In this document: positions 7,668-15,900 of the stretch, in pieces
Position numbering within the stretch: the stretch's first letter is position 1
Layout of the letters: each line of letters starts with the position of its first letter
IMG/VR virus record: IMGVR_UViG_3300048576_000515
Coordinates: 1 to 26,938 of that record
Source: a virus
Lineage: Duplodnaviria; Caudoviricetes
Length of the DNA: 26,938 bases
Reading direction: 5' to 3' (one strand)
Notes under the pieces: generated by a model
Told to the model about the DNA's origin: nothing
Seen by the model: only the letters and a program-made list of their open reading frames with translations
The model's database searches: none
Translations under genes and position numbers: made by a program

Positions 7668-8427
7668 GGATGCGCCTCCAGGTTTCCTCCCGAAAATTAC
7701 GCCCCTTGCCGGTCGGGAGACTCCAGCCGGTCAGGGTGGAGCCGTGTTCGTCGTCCCCTGTAAACGCGAACGCGTCGAGGAGTGTCTCGCGCAACCAAAA
7801 TTGCGGCCTGTTGTCGGGATGGTATTTGCCGCCCCAATCCCGGCGCAAATGCGCGTCCAGGGGATAGGCGCGCAGCGCGTCCACGGGGGTTTCGTGCTCC
7901 TCGATCCGAGGCGCAAGGGGAACGGCCAGGGCGCAGGATTTGCGCCCGAAAAACGGAACCCAGCGGGGGCGGCGCATGGCCTCGGCCAGGGTTTCGAGAG
8001 GAGGCGCGGCCGGACCGATGGTCCAGGCGGCCACCACGAACGGTGCGTTTTGCAGGTACTCGCGGCGGGACAAATTGGGATGGGGCCGTGTGGTCGGCGG
8101 GCGGTAGCAATGTTGCCGCGTGTAGGCCGCCAGCTCGTCCGCGCGGGTGAAAAGCGGTGTCAAATCCTTGCCCTCGGATGGAATTTGGATGGTGTGGAAA
8201 TCGGTCATGGGCGGCGCGGCGGGATTGATGGCCATAACGCACAGCCCCAGGTCGTCAGCCATGGCCGCCAGCTCCAGACGGCGGTCACGGCCGATGCCCA
8301 GGCAGGCTCCGAACAGGCCGATAAGCTGGGACGTGCGCGGGATTTTAGCGCTTGGTCGGATTTCGCCGTAGGCCTCGCGCCCCATGGCGGCCAGGGGCGC
8401 GTAGAGTTGGAACGTGAGGAATTGCAC
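7660..8427 (-). CDS. cas5e: Orphan type I-E CRISPR-associated Cas5 (CasD/Cas5e) homologue
   Basis: FQLYAPLAAMG..AYGEIRPSAKIPRTSQLIGLFGACLGI.RD, DFHTIQIP, TRADEL, LSRREYL and LAEAMRRPRWVPFFGRKSC match Cas5e blocks in order; 255 aa; GGAGG RBS with GTG start. Confidence 0.9.
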   Translation of the reverse strand: MQFLTFQLYAPLAAMGREAYGEIRPSAKIPRTSQLIGLFGACLGIGRDRRLELAAMADDLGLCVMAINPAAPPMTDFHTIQIPSEGKDLTPLFTRADELAAYTRQHCYRPPTTRPHPNLSRREYLQNAPFVVAAWTIGPAAPPLETLAEAMRRPRWVPFFGRKSCALAVPLAPRIEEHETPVDALRAYPLDAHLRRDWGGKYHPDNRPQFWLRETLLDAFAFTGDDEHGSTLTGWSLPTGKGRNFREETWRRIHA

Positions 8428-8439
8428 GGTGCGCCTCCG

Positions 8440-8856
8440 TCAGTTGGCGAGGTCGAGCGCGCCGTCGTCGTTGATTTCATAGGCCACGTCGCCGCCCTGG
8501 TCGCGCACGGCCTGGGCCAGGCGCGCCGTGCAGGGGCGCACGTACAGGCTGCCGATGGTTTCGCCGCCGATGCGGGCGCGGGGCGTCTCGACCTCGGCCT
8601 CGCCCTCGATCCATTGCCGGGCGTCCGCGATGGCGGCCTGCGCGCTGTTGCCGGTCCCGAACACGTTGTGGCCGCTCTGGTACACTGCGTACATGGTCGT
8701 TTCCTCCGGGTTTTGTGCGTTGGCGTCCCTGGCCAGGGCCTCGCGGACGGCGTTCTCACAGTATTTGGTTTTGCTCCAGCCGCCGCGCTTGGCGGCCGCG
8801 ATCTGGATTTGCTGGTGCTCCTCATCGGTGAGGTTGCGCAGGGTCATGATGGGCAT
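8440..8856 (-). CDS. Ribbon-helix-helix N-terminus fused to a small acidic domain (internal start at 8694); Acr/regulator candidate
   Basis: MPIMTLRNLTDEEHQQIQIAAAKRG resembles a FitA/Arc-like RHH; internal GGAGGAAACGACC-ATG gives an 84-aa product MYAVYQSGHNVFGTG... Confidence 0.7.
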   Translation of the reverse strand: MPIMTLRNLTDEEHQQIQIAAAKRGGWSKTKYCENAVREALARDANAQNPEETTMYAVYQSGHNVFGTGNSAQAAIADARQWIEGEAEVETPRARIGGETIGSLYVRPCTARLAQAVRDQGGDVAYEINDDGALDLAN

Positions 8857-8903
8857 GGCGTCCCCTCTCTTGTTTCCGGCTCGGGCCGATTCCCGTTTGC
8901 TGT

Positions 8904-8939
8904 TAGCTGCAATATATGCACTAGCCGCAATGCAGTCAA
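8904..8939 (-). promoter_or_regulatory. Sigma70-type promoter of the cas5 operon with overlapping direct repeats
   Basis: TTGACT (8939-8934), 17 nt, TATATT (8916-8911); TAGCTGCAAT (8904-8913) and TAGCCGCAAT (8922-8931) repeats. Confidence 0.75.
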
Positions 8940-9037
8940 GCCCAAACTTAAAATTTCCTCTATTTTTATACTCTATTAAACCAGGTAGTTACCATGGGCG
9001 TGCAGCGTAAGCGCGGGCCGGGGGGGCTATACCCACC

Positions 9038-9063
9038 AAAAAAGGCCGCTCTTCCGAGCGGCC
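9038..9063 (-). terminator. Intrinsic terminator of the antirepressor operon
   Basis: Minus strand GGCCGCTC-GGAA-GAGCGGCC-TTTTTT. Confidence 0.85.
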
Positions 9064-9089
9064 CATAACCTCTTATCCTCTCCCCTGCC

Positions 9090-9224
9090 CTACGCCGGCA
9101 CCACCTCCGGGGCCGGGGCGGCGTCATCCCGGTTGCCGGCTGTCTCCCGGCATATCACGCGGGCAAGCTCAAATATAGCCATGGCCAGGGCCTTTGCCTC
9201 GTCGGCATTTCGGGGGTCGCTCAT
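9090..9224 (-). CDS. 44-aa hypothetical protein (not in the ORF track)
   Basis: AGGAGG RBS then MSDPRNADEAKALAMAIFELARVICRETAGNRDDAAPAPEVVPA; fills the gap between the upstream stop and the terminator. Confidence 0.6.
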   Translation of the reverse strand: MSDPRNADEAKALAMAIFELARVICRETAGNRDDAAPAPEVVPA

Positions 9225-9227
9225 GGC

Positions 9228-9533
9228 CTACCTCCTCTCCAGCCCGAGGGCGCGTTCGAAATCGCGTTGCGCCGGTATTGGCTTCGGCTCGTCCTGTTCG
9301 GCCTCGTAGGCCTCAATTTCGCGCTGCGCTTCGGGGGTCGGTTCCCACCCCTCCTGGCAGGGCTTGGCGCTCCAGGCGACCGTGATGCTGACGTCGAGAG
9401 GCGTCATCCCGGCTCGGGCCATGCCCTCCCTGGCATTTTCCTCGGCCCCGGCACAGGTGCCCTTGGTCCAGTCGCGCTCGTTCTCGCACCATTCCGTGCA
9501 CATCGAGCAATTGGCGTACGTGGGGATGTTCAT
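9228..9533 (-). CDS. Small acidic Cys-containing hypothetical protein (101 aa)
   Basis: Likely start MNIPTYANCSMCTEWC 11 nt after the antirepressor stop; CxxC plus further Cys; Glu-rich. Confidence 0.65.
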   Translation of the reverse strand: MNIPTYANCSMCTEWCENERDWTKGTCAGAEENAREGMARAGMTPLDVSITVAWSAKPCQEGWEPTPEAQREIEAYEAEQDEPKPIPAQRDFERALGLERR

Positions 9534-9544
9534 GGTTACGCCCC

Positions 9545-10525
9545 CTACACCATCATCCTGGACAGCAAGCCGATGCCGTCCAGGGTTTCGTCCATCAGGC
9601 GCCATCCTGCCCACGCGGAGTCATGGGCATAGCCCAATGCCCTCAGAAATCGGGCCATGGCCACATCGGGCAAGTCCATGGCCCTGTGTGGGCCGCCAGC
9701 CAGAGCGTTCTCAACCTGCCGGCGCACATCAAAGGCTACCCCCTGAAAGCGGACGAAGATCTCTTCGAGGGCTTGCCTGGCTTGCTGGATCTTTTCAGGG
9801 GCAAGTCGTTGAATCGGCCGGCTCTCACGATACAAAGGCCGCTCCGGATCGAACGCCGGCGGCAACGCCTTGGGCTGCTCGCCGGCCGGCAGGGTCAGCT
9901 TCATTTCCATGGCCAGGATGTAGCTCACCACGTCCGGGTACACCGCCTGGGGAATCTCCTCGTACTTCGCCACCTGGAACTTGTTCTTCACCCGGCTCCA
10001 GGCTTCCTTGAAGGCCTTTGGGCGCAGTTCCGAGGGGTAGTGCGAAACCTTGGCCGCGATCAGGTTTTGGATCGAAAGGCGGGAAGAGGTGGAGAGGGTC
10101 GCGGGGAGGGCAGGGGCGGCGGGGGCTTGCTGGCGGTTAAAGTAATTCTCTTCCAGAAGCTCAAACACGTCCCAGGCCTTGTCCGTGTTCAACATCTTGG
10201 CGTGGCGGGCCGCTCCTCGTTCCGTCCAAAGGGTAAGCTCTCCTCCCGTTTTCGGGACGAGGTCGGATGAGTCCGAATTTCGGACGCATTCCTTGAGGGC
10301 GCGCAACTCCTCGCCGGAAACCTTGAAAAGGTGCTTGCCTTCGGTAAAGCGGTCGCGGTTGGCACGGTAGTTCTCGCGGATTCTGGTCTGCGTTGTGCCG
10401 TATACGGCCGAGAGCAACGCCGTTGTCAGAACGGGAACGTCCTTATAGAGAATGGGGGTCAGGGATTCGACGGGGATCACGGGATTGCCCGCGACGACGG
10501 GTTCGTTTAAGATAGCGGTAGCCAT
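9545..10525 (-). CDS. Phage antirepressor-like protein (ORF6N domain plus ORF6C/P22AR-like region)
   Basis: PVLTTALLSAVYGT...IRENYRANRDRFTEGKHLFKVSGEELRALK...LWTERGAARHAKMLNTDKAWDVFELLEENYF; WSRVKNKFQVAKYEEIP; ATG at 10525 follows GAGGTG. Confidence 0.88.
   Translation of the reverse strand: MATAILNEPVVAGNPVIPVESLTPILYKDVPVLTTALLSAVYGTTQTRIRENYRANRDRFTEGKHLFKVSGEELRALKECVRNSDSSDLVPKTGGELTLWTERGAARHAKMLNTDKAWDVFELLEENYFNRQQAPAAPALPATLSTSSRLSIQNLIAAKVSHYPSELRPKAFKEAWSRVKNKFQVAKYEEIPQAVYPDVVSYILAMEMKLTLPAGEQPKALPPAFDPERPLYRESRPIQRLAPEKIQQARQALEEIFVRFQGVAFDVRRQVENALAGGPHRAMDLPDVAMARFLRALGYAHDSAWAGWRLMDETLDGIGLLSRMMV
10485..10513 (+). promoter_or_regulatory. Antisense promoter inside the 5' end of the antirepressor gene
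   Basis: TTGCCC (10485-10490), 17 nt, TAAGAT (10508-10513). Confidence 0.6.
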
Positions 10526-10600
10526 AATCACACCTCGCACGTGTGGTTGCTGGTTAGGCCCTGGTCGGGTGTTCCACCACCCGGCTGGGGCTGTTTACTT
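10519..10600 (+). ncRNA. Putative sar-like antisense RNA covering the antirepressor start codon and RBS
   Basis: Promoter upstream; 14-bp stem 10558-10591 pairs fully only on the + strand (three G-U pairs) and is followed by TGTTTACTT. Confidence 0.6.
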
Positions 10601-10756
10601 CCTGCTTGCCTTCGCCTCTTCCTCCTCCAGAAGCTTTTGCAGGCATGCCACAAAAAGCCCCTTGATCGTGGTCTCCTTGTCCACGGCAAGCTGCTTAATT
10701 TTTTCGTGAAATTTCTTGGTTACACGGATCGTTATGGTGGTTTTCTCGCCGTCCAT
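10595..10756 (-). CDS. Arc-like ribbon-helix-helix repressor (53 aa)
   Basis: MDGEKTTITIRVTKKFHEKIKQLAVDKETTIKGLFVACLQKLL; directly upstream of the antirepressor; no SD, possibly leaderless. Confidence 0.75.
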   Translation of the reverse strand: MDGEKTTITIRVTKKFHEKIKQLAVDKETTIKGLFVACLQKLLEEEEAKASRK

Positions 10757-10763
10757 GGCTTCA

Positions 10764-10792
10764 GATATAATTATATCGTCATTACAAGTCAA
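10764..10792 (-). promoter_or_regulatory. Promoter/operator for the RHH-antirepressor operon
   Basis: TTGACT (10792-10787) upstream of an AT-rich -10 region that lies within the perfect palindrome GATATAATTATATC (10764-10777). Confidence 0.6.
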
Positions 10793-10824
10793 GCCTGTCC
10801 AGCGAAATTATTGCGGGTGTCAAG

Positions 10825-10858
10825 AAAAAAAGAAGGCCCCCGGATTTTCGGGAGCCTT
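10825..10858 (-). terminator. Intrinsic terminator of the AT-rich moron genes
   Basis: Minus strand AAGGCTCCCG-AAAATC-CGGGGGCCTT-CTTTTTTT. Confidence 0.85.
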
Positions 10859-10907
10859 GGGCTAGCTGAGCCAGGAGAAAGTCAACCTTGAAGAACCTTG
10901 ATGCAAC

Positions 10908-11822
10908 TTACCGTGATTCTTTCAAATCTTCCAGCATAAATTCAGCTTTTCTGACATATCCACGGTAAGCATTGCCTGTATAGTCTGTAACTATAGAACG
11001 CAGAAGCGACCTTGCCTCTTTAATGAGGCCGAATTTTATAAATATTCCAGATAAATTCAGTTTGACATTGATAACCTCCGGCGTCAACTCCTCTACACGT
11101 ATCCTGCAAAATTCAGCATCGTACTTCCCGACTACACCCTTTGCCATGTTGACTTGCCATTGGCCATAAATATTTGAACTTATTATATCAATATCATTCA
11201 ATATGCTTGCAAGAAGTTTTACGTCAATCAGCCCGTCTTGCTGGTTGCTCGCGGTTGAATAATACAGTTTGATTTTTTCAACCAAACTTTCCCCCTCTGC
11301 CTTGCAGTCTTCTTTTTTTACAACAGCATCTTTGCGAACATCGCCATGCCCTAAAGCGGTGCATATGCCGCTGAGAAGGGTAAAAAGAGGTTCTCCATTT
11401 TTAACCTCCATGACGGGGAATTTTCTATTGTTGTCAAAAACAAGAGCGCCTTTAGACGAAAAATATTTGTCTGTTAGAACATTCATTTTGTTGTTATCGC
11501 AATTGAAAACTATTTCTCCCACGCCATATGATACATTTTTCAAATCAACTGACGCTAAGTCACTATTTAGCTTAAGGCGGTCTCTCCCATCATTAGATAA
11601 ATTCAATTTCATCTTAACCTTGTATATTTTCCCGCCTACGTGTTCGACAGAACCTTTGTCGTAATATGTTTCCCCCGCGCGCTCTTTAAGCAAAGGTGTC
11701 CACATCTCTCGCTGTGCGATGCACTCAGATGTAATAGTCATGTGTATGCACGCAGCGACAAAAGTAACAAGCACAAACGCTGAAAACTGATTCAATGCAC
11801 TCGAAAAAATTAATTTTAGCAT
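10908..11822 (-). CDS. Exported/membrane-anchored hypothetical protein (adhesin-E-like N-terminal domain, helical C-terminus)
   Basis: Hydrophobic N-terminus; W..L....TYYDKGSV...FNC...KYFSSKG...IC pattern; AT-rich moron. Confidence 0.6.
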   Translation of the reverse strand: MLKLIFSSALNQFSAFVLVTFVAACIHMTITSECIAQREMWTPLLKERAGETYYDKGSVEHVGGKIYKVKMKLNLSNDGRDRLKLNSDLASVDLKNVSYGVGEIVFNCDNNKMNVLTDKYFSSKGALVFDNNRKFPVMEVKNGEPLFTLLSGICTALGHGDVRKDAVVKKEDCKAEGESLVEKIKLYYSTASNQQDGLIDVKLLASILNDIDIISSNIYGQWQVNMAKGVVGKYDAEFCRIRVEELTPEVINVKLNLSGIFIKFGLIKEARSLLRSIVTDYTGNAYRGYVRKAEFMLEDLKESR

Positions 11823-11824
11823 AC

Positions 11825-12670
11825 CTATAATCCGTCCTTCATCTTGAAGTAAGCTTGCATTTTGTGTACAACGGACTTTCCTATTCCGGGGATCTCTAGT
11901 ATCAAATTAACGTCAGCTGATTTTATGTCATCGATTGTATAGAAGCCTTTTTCAAAAAGTACTTTTGCCGTCTTTAGACCAACTCCAGGAATTTCTGTTA
12001 ATTTGTTATAAAAGAACGACTCCGGGAAATCAGAAATATTGTTCTTGAGTGTTTTTGCATACTCGCTATAAAGTTCATTCGAACAACAAAGATCGTTTAT
12101 TGCTTTAATTTTATCAAATACAAGTGAACTGCTTTCGACTATTTCACGAAATGAAATGAGAAACGGTAAGAACTTCGAACTATCCACAGGACCGACAGAC
12201 GAGGACGACATACATGGTTTCATCTCATCAATATCTACCCCTAGGGAGCGCCACGTTCTAGTTTTATGAATCCACATGCCGTCGCCTTGACTGCCTATAG
12301 ATGGCAATTTAGACGGTGGGCCTTTGTGAAATTCTCCATGGTGCCGGAGGACACATAATGGAGTCCTTAGTATTAGGTTGGCAAGGAATACATATCCAGT
12401 AAGGACGTCGCTATTTTCCTCAAAGTACTCATCGTTGTGCAAAAGTTCATATGAGGCGCGAAACTCATAAGAATTCCTGATAATCGGTACGGTTTCTCCT
12501 TCTACCTCGAAATCAAATAGTTCCTTTTTATATTTATTGTATTTCCCCTCTTCCTCAAGGACCCTTCTCCCCACAAGGCGAAGTACATCATGTCCAGTTG
12601 CCTGCGCCTCGCCGTTTTTTGGGGGGCTTTCTTTCCCCAGCAGCGACAAGAAGAACTGTTTTAAGCCCAT
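11825..12670 (-). CDS. Hypothetical protein with C-terminal tandem helix-hairpin-helix DNA-binding motifs
   Basis: LTEIPGVGLKTAKVL and ILEIPGIGKSVVHKM; AT-rich. Confidence 0.75.
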   Translation of the reverse strand: MGLKQFFLSLLGKESPPKNGEAQATGHDVLRLVGRRVLEEEGKYNKYKKELFDFEVEGETVPIIRNSYEFRASYELLHNDEYFEENSDVLTGYVFLANLILRTPLCVLRHHGEFHKGPPSKLPSIGSQGDGMWIHKTRTWRSLGVDIDEMKPCMSSSSVGPVDSSKFLPFLISFREIVESSSLVFDKIKAINDLCCSNELYSEYAKTLKNNISDFPESFFYNKLTEIPGVGLKTAKVLFEKGFYTIDDIKSADVNLILEIPGIGKSVVHKMQAYFKMKDGL

Positions 12671-12676
12671 GGCCTA

Positions 12677-12760
12677 TTACCTCGGCCTCCCGCACCCCGG
12701 ACAAACCTTCGCCTTATCCGACACTTCCCACCCGCAGTCGGGGCACTTGTGCAACGCCAT
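12677..12760 (-). CDS. 27-aa zinc-ribbon peptide (possibly a truncated gene)
   Basis: GGAGGG RBS; MALHKCPDCGWEVSDKAKVCPGCGRPR with two CPxCG motifs. Confidence 0.6.
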   Translation of the reverse strand: MALHKCPDCGWEVSDKAKVCPGCGRPR

Positions 12761-12847
12761 GACGCCCTCCCCCGTTTCGCCAAACCGATACCAGCGGACC
12801 GGGCTGAAGGGCAAGCGCGGGTCGTCGTGACCGGCGAGGAAGTCAAG

Positions 12848-12874
12848 AAAAAAAAGGCCCACGCGAGGCGGACC
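12848..12874 (-). terminator. Minus-strand intrinsic terminator insulating the island
   Basis: GGTCCGC-CTCGC-GTGGGCC-TTTTTTTT. Confidence 0.6.
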
Positions 12875-12981
12875 AATCTTGTCTTTTTTCTTAACCACTC
12901 CCTCTCCTCATATCTTTTCGCACCCATGTAATCGCGCATGCGCACAGCCAGGGGCACGGTCCAACGAACAAGGACCGCCCC

Positions 12982-15900
12982 ATGCCTGGATACCGCATTG
13001 ACATCGAAACCGCCGGCGCCAGGTCGAACACGGACGCCCTCCGGCAATCCATCGATGCCCTGGCAGGCCAAACGAAAAAGTCCGCCGAGCAGTTGGCCGC
13101 ATGGAACGCTCGCATGGCCGAGCGAGACGCCATTTCCGGGGCAACCAGCGCGATTGACGCTTATCGTCAATCTGTCGAAAACCTGGCAAGGGCTCAAGGC
13201 GCGAGCGAAAAAGAGGCCAAGGCCCTTGGCGAACGGGCCGTCCAAAACGCCGCGCAACTTCGTGACGCAAGTTCAAGCACAAACATTCTCAGCAACTCTT
13301 TCGCAAGCCTGGCAACAAAAATAACAGCCGTTGCCGGAGCTTATATTTCACTGCGAAGCGCTTCGGAGTTCCTCTCCGAGTCCACCACCCTGGCCGCCCG
13401 GTATGACACGCTCGGCGTCGTCGTCCATACGGTCGGGGCCAACGCGGGCTATGCCACCACATACGTCGACGGACTGACAGCCTCCCTGCAACAGCAGGGC
13501 ATTACCATGAACGCCTCACGCCAGGCCGTGACCCAAATGATCCAGGGCCATATGGATCTGGCAAATGCCACGAAGCTCTCCCGCGCCGCCCAGGATGCCG
13601 CTGTCATCGGCGGCGTCAACTCCTCCGAAGCCTTCCAGCGCATGACCACGGCCATCCAGACGGCTCAACCGGAAATGCTCCGCACCCTTGGGATCAACGT
13701 TAACTTCGACGTGTCCTACCAGAAACTGGCCGCTACCCTGCACACCACCACCGAGGCCCTGACCGAGAACGAAAAGATGCAGGCCAGGGCCAACGCCACC
13801 ATGGAGGCCACGAAAACCATTGCCGGGGCCTATGAGGCGGCCATGGGAACGGCCGGCAAGCAAGCCCTTTCGCTCGAACGATACTGGGAAGATTTCAAGG
13901 TCTCCCTGGGACAAGGGATGCAGCCTGGCTACTCGGCGCTCATCGAAGGGGCGACCAGCGCCATCAAGGAGCTTACTGTCACTGTAAAAGACCCATCCTT
14001 CCAGGAAAGCATGAGGCAATGGGGGGAGAGTCTTGGCACTGTTGCAAAACACATGGCGGAGATTGCTAAATACTCCGGGGTTCGGTCTCAAGTAGGAACA
14101 CTTAATGAAGGAAAGCGCCTCTATCAACAAGGTGCAGTCGATGAAAAATGGTGGAAAGAATTTACTCGCGGCGAACTATTTGACTTCAGCGGTGAGAATT
14201 CATGGAACAATCCAAAGGAAGCTCTGCACCGCCAGCAGATGGTTGACGCGGCCAAAGCCGGAACAGAGCGTGACCGCAAGCAGTGGCTCATAGACAACTG
14301 GGGGTATCTCCCCGCCCAAGGTGGTGGCGATAGGCCAAGTGCAATTAAAGAGGATGAGATAAAAAAACTTTATGAAGGGGACCGCTCGGCTAGAATCCTT
14401 GATCTCCAAAACTTCATGTCTCCATACCTGGAGCGCAACAAAGGCTTTCAATCGACTGCCGATCAACTTACCTACGCCACGGATACATGGCAAGGCGAGC
14501 GCGGAAAATTCGAGAAGGCCGCCTCTTTGGCTAAAGAGACTGGCGATGTCCAGACGCTTGCCAATGCCGAACGGGGGTGGGCCGAGGCGGACCAAAAGCT
14601 CATCCAAACCCGCAATCAACTCATCAAGGCCGACGACGACGTCCGCCGATCCATTGAGTCCATGGGCGCGTCGGTCCGGGCGGAATGGGCCGATCTTTCC
14701 GGGGACAAATACACTGGCGCGAGCATCAAATCCTTCCAGGCCATGGGTGATGAACTTGCTCAGCTTCGAGATCGCATGGCCGGCTACAAGGGTGAGAATA
14801 AGGACGCCCTGGAATCTTCGGGGCGCATGTGGATCTCCGAGAAGCAAAAAATCGCCGAAGCTCGCACCGAGCTCGAGAAGTGGAAAGACACCCTTTCCAC
14901 CACTTCCGCCCTCCTTGCCGACCTCGGGCGCCTGACCGGCAACCCCGAAGCCTCCTACCAGGGGGCTATGCTCGGGCTCAAGGGGCAGTACAAGGAAGCC
15001 AGCGACCAAGCCAAAGCCCTGGGCATACCTCAGGACCTGGTTGACCAGACCTACATTCTCAAGGCCCGAGACGCCTGGCAGCAGGCCTACAAGAACCTGG
15101 GCACCATCAACGGCTCCGTCTTTGACAACCAGCGGGCCATGCTTGCCCAGGAAGTGGAAGCCTACCGCAAGCAGGGCACCGACATCACCGCCCTGCGCGT
15201 CTACGCGGCGCAGCGGTCCGAGGAAATAGCCCAACAGGAACTTCAGTCCAAGCAGGCCTACGCGACCAGCTTCACGGACTTCTTGCGGGGCCAGGTCGCC
15301 CTGGATGCCGGCCTTTATCATGGTGAGCATTCTCGGCAACTGACGGAATGGCAAGACTATTACAGTGACCTCAAGAACTATGCCACTGGGTTTTCCGATA
15401 CCCTCAAGTCCGGCATAGTTGACGGCCTTGAGGGTATTTTTGAGGGCAAGAATCCGGAAGAAGCCTTCAAGAATATGCTGGCCGGCATGCGTCGGCAATT
15501 CCTCCAGTTCATCGTCGATCTCGCATTTGATTGGGCCAAGCATAACTTTTTCAAGCCGATGCTGGATCAGGTGTCCGGGGCCAGCCCGGGGGCAACGGCA
15601 AACAAGACCATTGAGGGCGCCACGCGTGGCCTTGCAAACACTTCCCCGCAGGCACCGTCAAGCCAGGCGTCCTTGAGCTATTTCCAGCAAGGCGTCCCCT
15701 CGTTTGCGACAGACAATATCTTGCAGCGCTATAACGATGTGGGGCTTGGCCTTCCCCGGGGAACGACCATCGAAAAGCCGCTCAGCGGTTGGAGCGCGAA
15801 CAAGGGGTACATCGAAAGCGCGGCGAAACAACTTGGCGTTGACCCGGGGGTGATGGCGCAGATCGCTGGCGCCGAGTCCGGGTTCAAGGCCTCGGAAATC

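Noticed and set aside
8883-8897. Partial match of the mini-CRISPR spacer to the operon's own 5' UTR (GGGAATCGGCCC vs GAGAATCCGCCC, preceded by AAC)
   Set aside because: Only 10/12, with mismatches at seed positions 2 and 8 and little match beyond; plausible by chance in GC-rich DNA. Revisit only if conserved in relatives.
7195-8979. 594-aa + strand ORF
   Set aside because: Shadow of the cas5 operon in GC-rich DNA; no recognisable motifs.
7100-9230. A true multi-spacer CRISPR array or complete cas locus
   Set aside because: Only one good repeat and one degenerate hairpin were found by eye; no other cas genes are in the window.
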